Source of the DNA: Bacillota bacterium
GTDB lineage: Bacteria; Bacillota; Clostridia; Lachnospirales; Lachnospiraceae
Direction: 5' to 3'
Assembly (NCBI GenBank): GCA_023428885.1
Contig: JAEYWQ010000151.1
Span: 1 to 58,448, forward strand
Length of the DNA: 58,448 bases
The notes below the pieces were generated by a model that did not search any database, had not been told where the DNA came from, and saw only the letters and a list, made by a program, of their open reading frames with translations. Positions 57,693-58,448 of this stretch are shown in pieces. Numbering within the stretch: position 1 is the first letter of the stretch; each line of letters starts with the position of its first letter. The translations under genes were made by a program, and so were the position numbers.

Positions 57693-58448
57693 TTAATCCT
57701 CCACAAATGCTGATGCTTCTACTTTGCCATCTTTCGAGTTAATCTCGGTTTCAATCTTAGCTGTTCCCTCTTTATCTTTTATTATTTCTTGTTTTTCTAT
57801 CTCTCCCTGTATAGCATTAGCACCTTGCTGGGTTTCGTCTTGGATAACATTCGCACCTGGTTCAAGCTCTTTATGGATTACATTCGCACCTTGCTCAGTT
57901 TCATCTTGATTCTGCTCTTTACTTGAAACATTCCAGTTGCGATCCCTAATATCTAAATTAAGATAATCTGTCAAACGATTTTCCAATCGTTTTCTATCAT
58001 CTAATTTAAGTTTGCTCAATGCGAGTTGAAATAGAGTAGGATTTTCCTTCATCATGGTTATTGTTCCAAGACTCGGGACATAAGTAACATAAGATGCTTC
58101 CTGTATGCTTGGCTCAATGTATTTCGTTGTATATAAGCTAGCTCCCTGATAGAGATAAGCATCCACCACAGCTGCCGAATAATAAAGGATTTCTTCTTCA
58201 GATAGCCACAGATAACACTTCTCCTTTTGCCCATCTTCAGTAGTGCTTAATTCATGGACACCTTGTTTCGCCAATACTATGTAATCTTCACCATTCGGCA
58301 TCATTAGTCGAACATCTACATAATCATTGTCCATCAGATTGTCACTTAGTGATATAATTTCACATTCTACTTCCCGATCCCCCGGTTCAATATCTGATAA
58401 ACGGTGCATGTTTTTCATCAAAGTCAATCCCTGTGGAATATCCACGAT
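57693..58448 (-). CDS. CpaB/RcpC (SAF-domain)-like protein, truncated by the window edge
   Basis: DIPQGLTL, DYVDVRLMMPNGEDYIVLAK; first visible gene of the Tad-like operon; three ~11-aa GANVI repeats near the C-terminus. Confidence 0.6.
   Translation of the reverse strand: MVDIPQGLTLMKNMHRLSDIEPGDREVECEIISLSDNLMDNDYVDVRLMMPNGEDYIVLAKQGVHELSTTEDGQKEKCYLWLSEEEILYYSAAVVDAYLYQGASLYTTKYIEPSIQEASYVTYVPSLGTITMMKENPTLFQLALSKLKLDDRKRLENRLTDYLNLDIRDRNWNVSSKEQNQDETEQGANVIHKELEPGANVIQDETQQGANAIQGEIEKQEIIKDKEGTAKIETEINSKDGKVEASAFVED

Noticed and set aside
915..57909. Numerous 60-130 aa ORFs antisense to or nested in long genes (e.g. 915-1220, 1611-2000, 14760-15122, 42814-43185)
   Set aside because: Shadow ORFs of well-supported genes, with no recognisable motifs.

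Overview
AT-rich Clostridia chromosome segment; gene content and protein style suggest Lachnospiraceae (inference). It is mostly core genome: rlmH, a ThrE exporter pair, a CNNM/HlyC protein, the rex-acpS-nnr-alr-mazF cluster, an ABC-F ATPase, a PuuR-like regulator with potABCD, luxS, a GH113 hydrolase, pyrC/pyrF, a truA homologue, mscL, recJ, secDF, the SCIFF ranthipeptide pair scfA/scfB, degV, corA, a heterodimeric ABC exporter, an AviRa-like methyltransferase, a polar amino-acid ABC importer and fabH. The right ~9 kb is an atypical Tad/Flp-like locus that runs off the window edge. I saw no integrase, transposase, CRISPR array, rRNA or tRNA. Most interesting observations: (1) the Tad-like locus, with a membrane-anchored CpaF/TadA ATPase, two Walker-A-degenerate ParA-like proteins, an apparently fused TadB/C and six pilin-like proteins lacking a class III cleavage motif; (2) a TruA homologue whose catalytic Asp is Glu, next to a Nudix protein with a degenerate Nudix box, both upstream of pyrC-pyrF; (3) two families of intergenic palindromic repeats, a 211-bp rod hairpin in two copies and a covarying twin hairpin with GNA triloops in four copies; (4) a protein with a long 4-residue-period Q/D/F/N repeat; (5) a circularly permuted amino-acid-binding protein. 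All family calls come from motif recognition by eye; no database searches were run.
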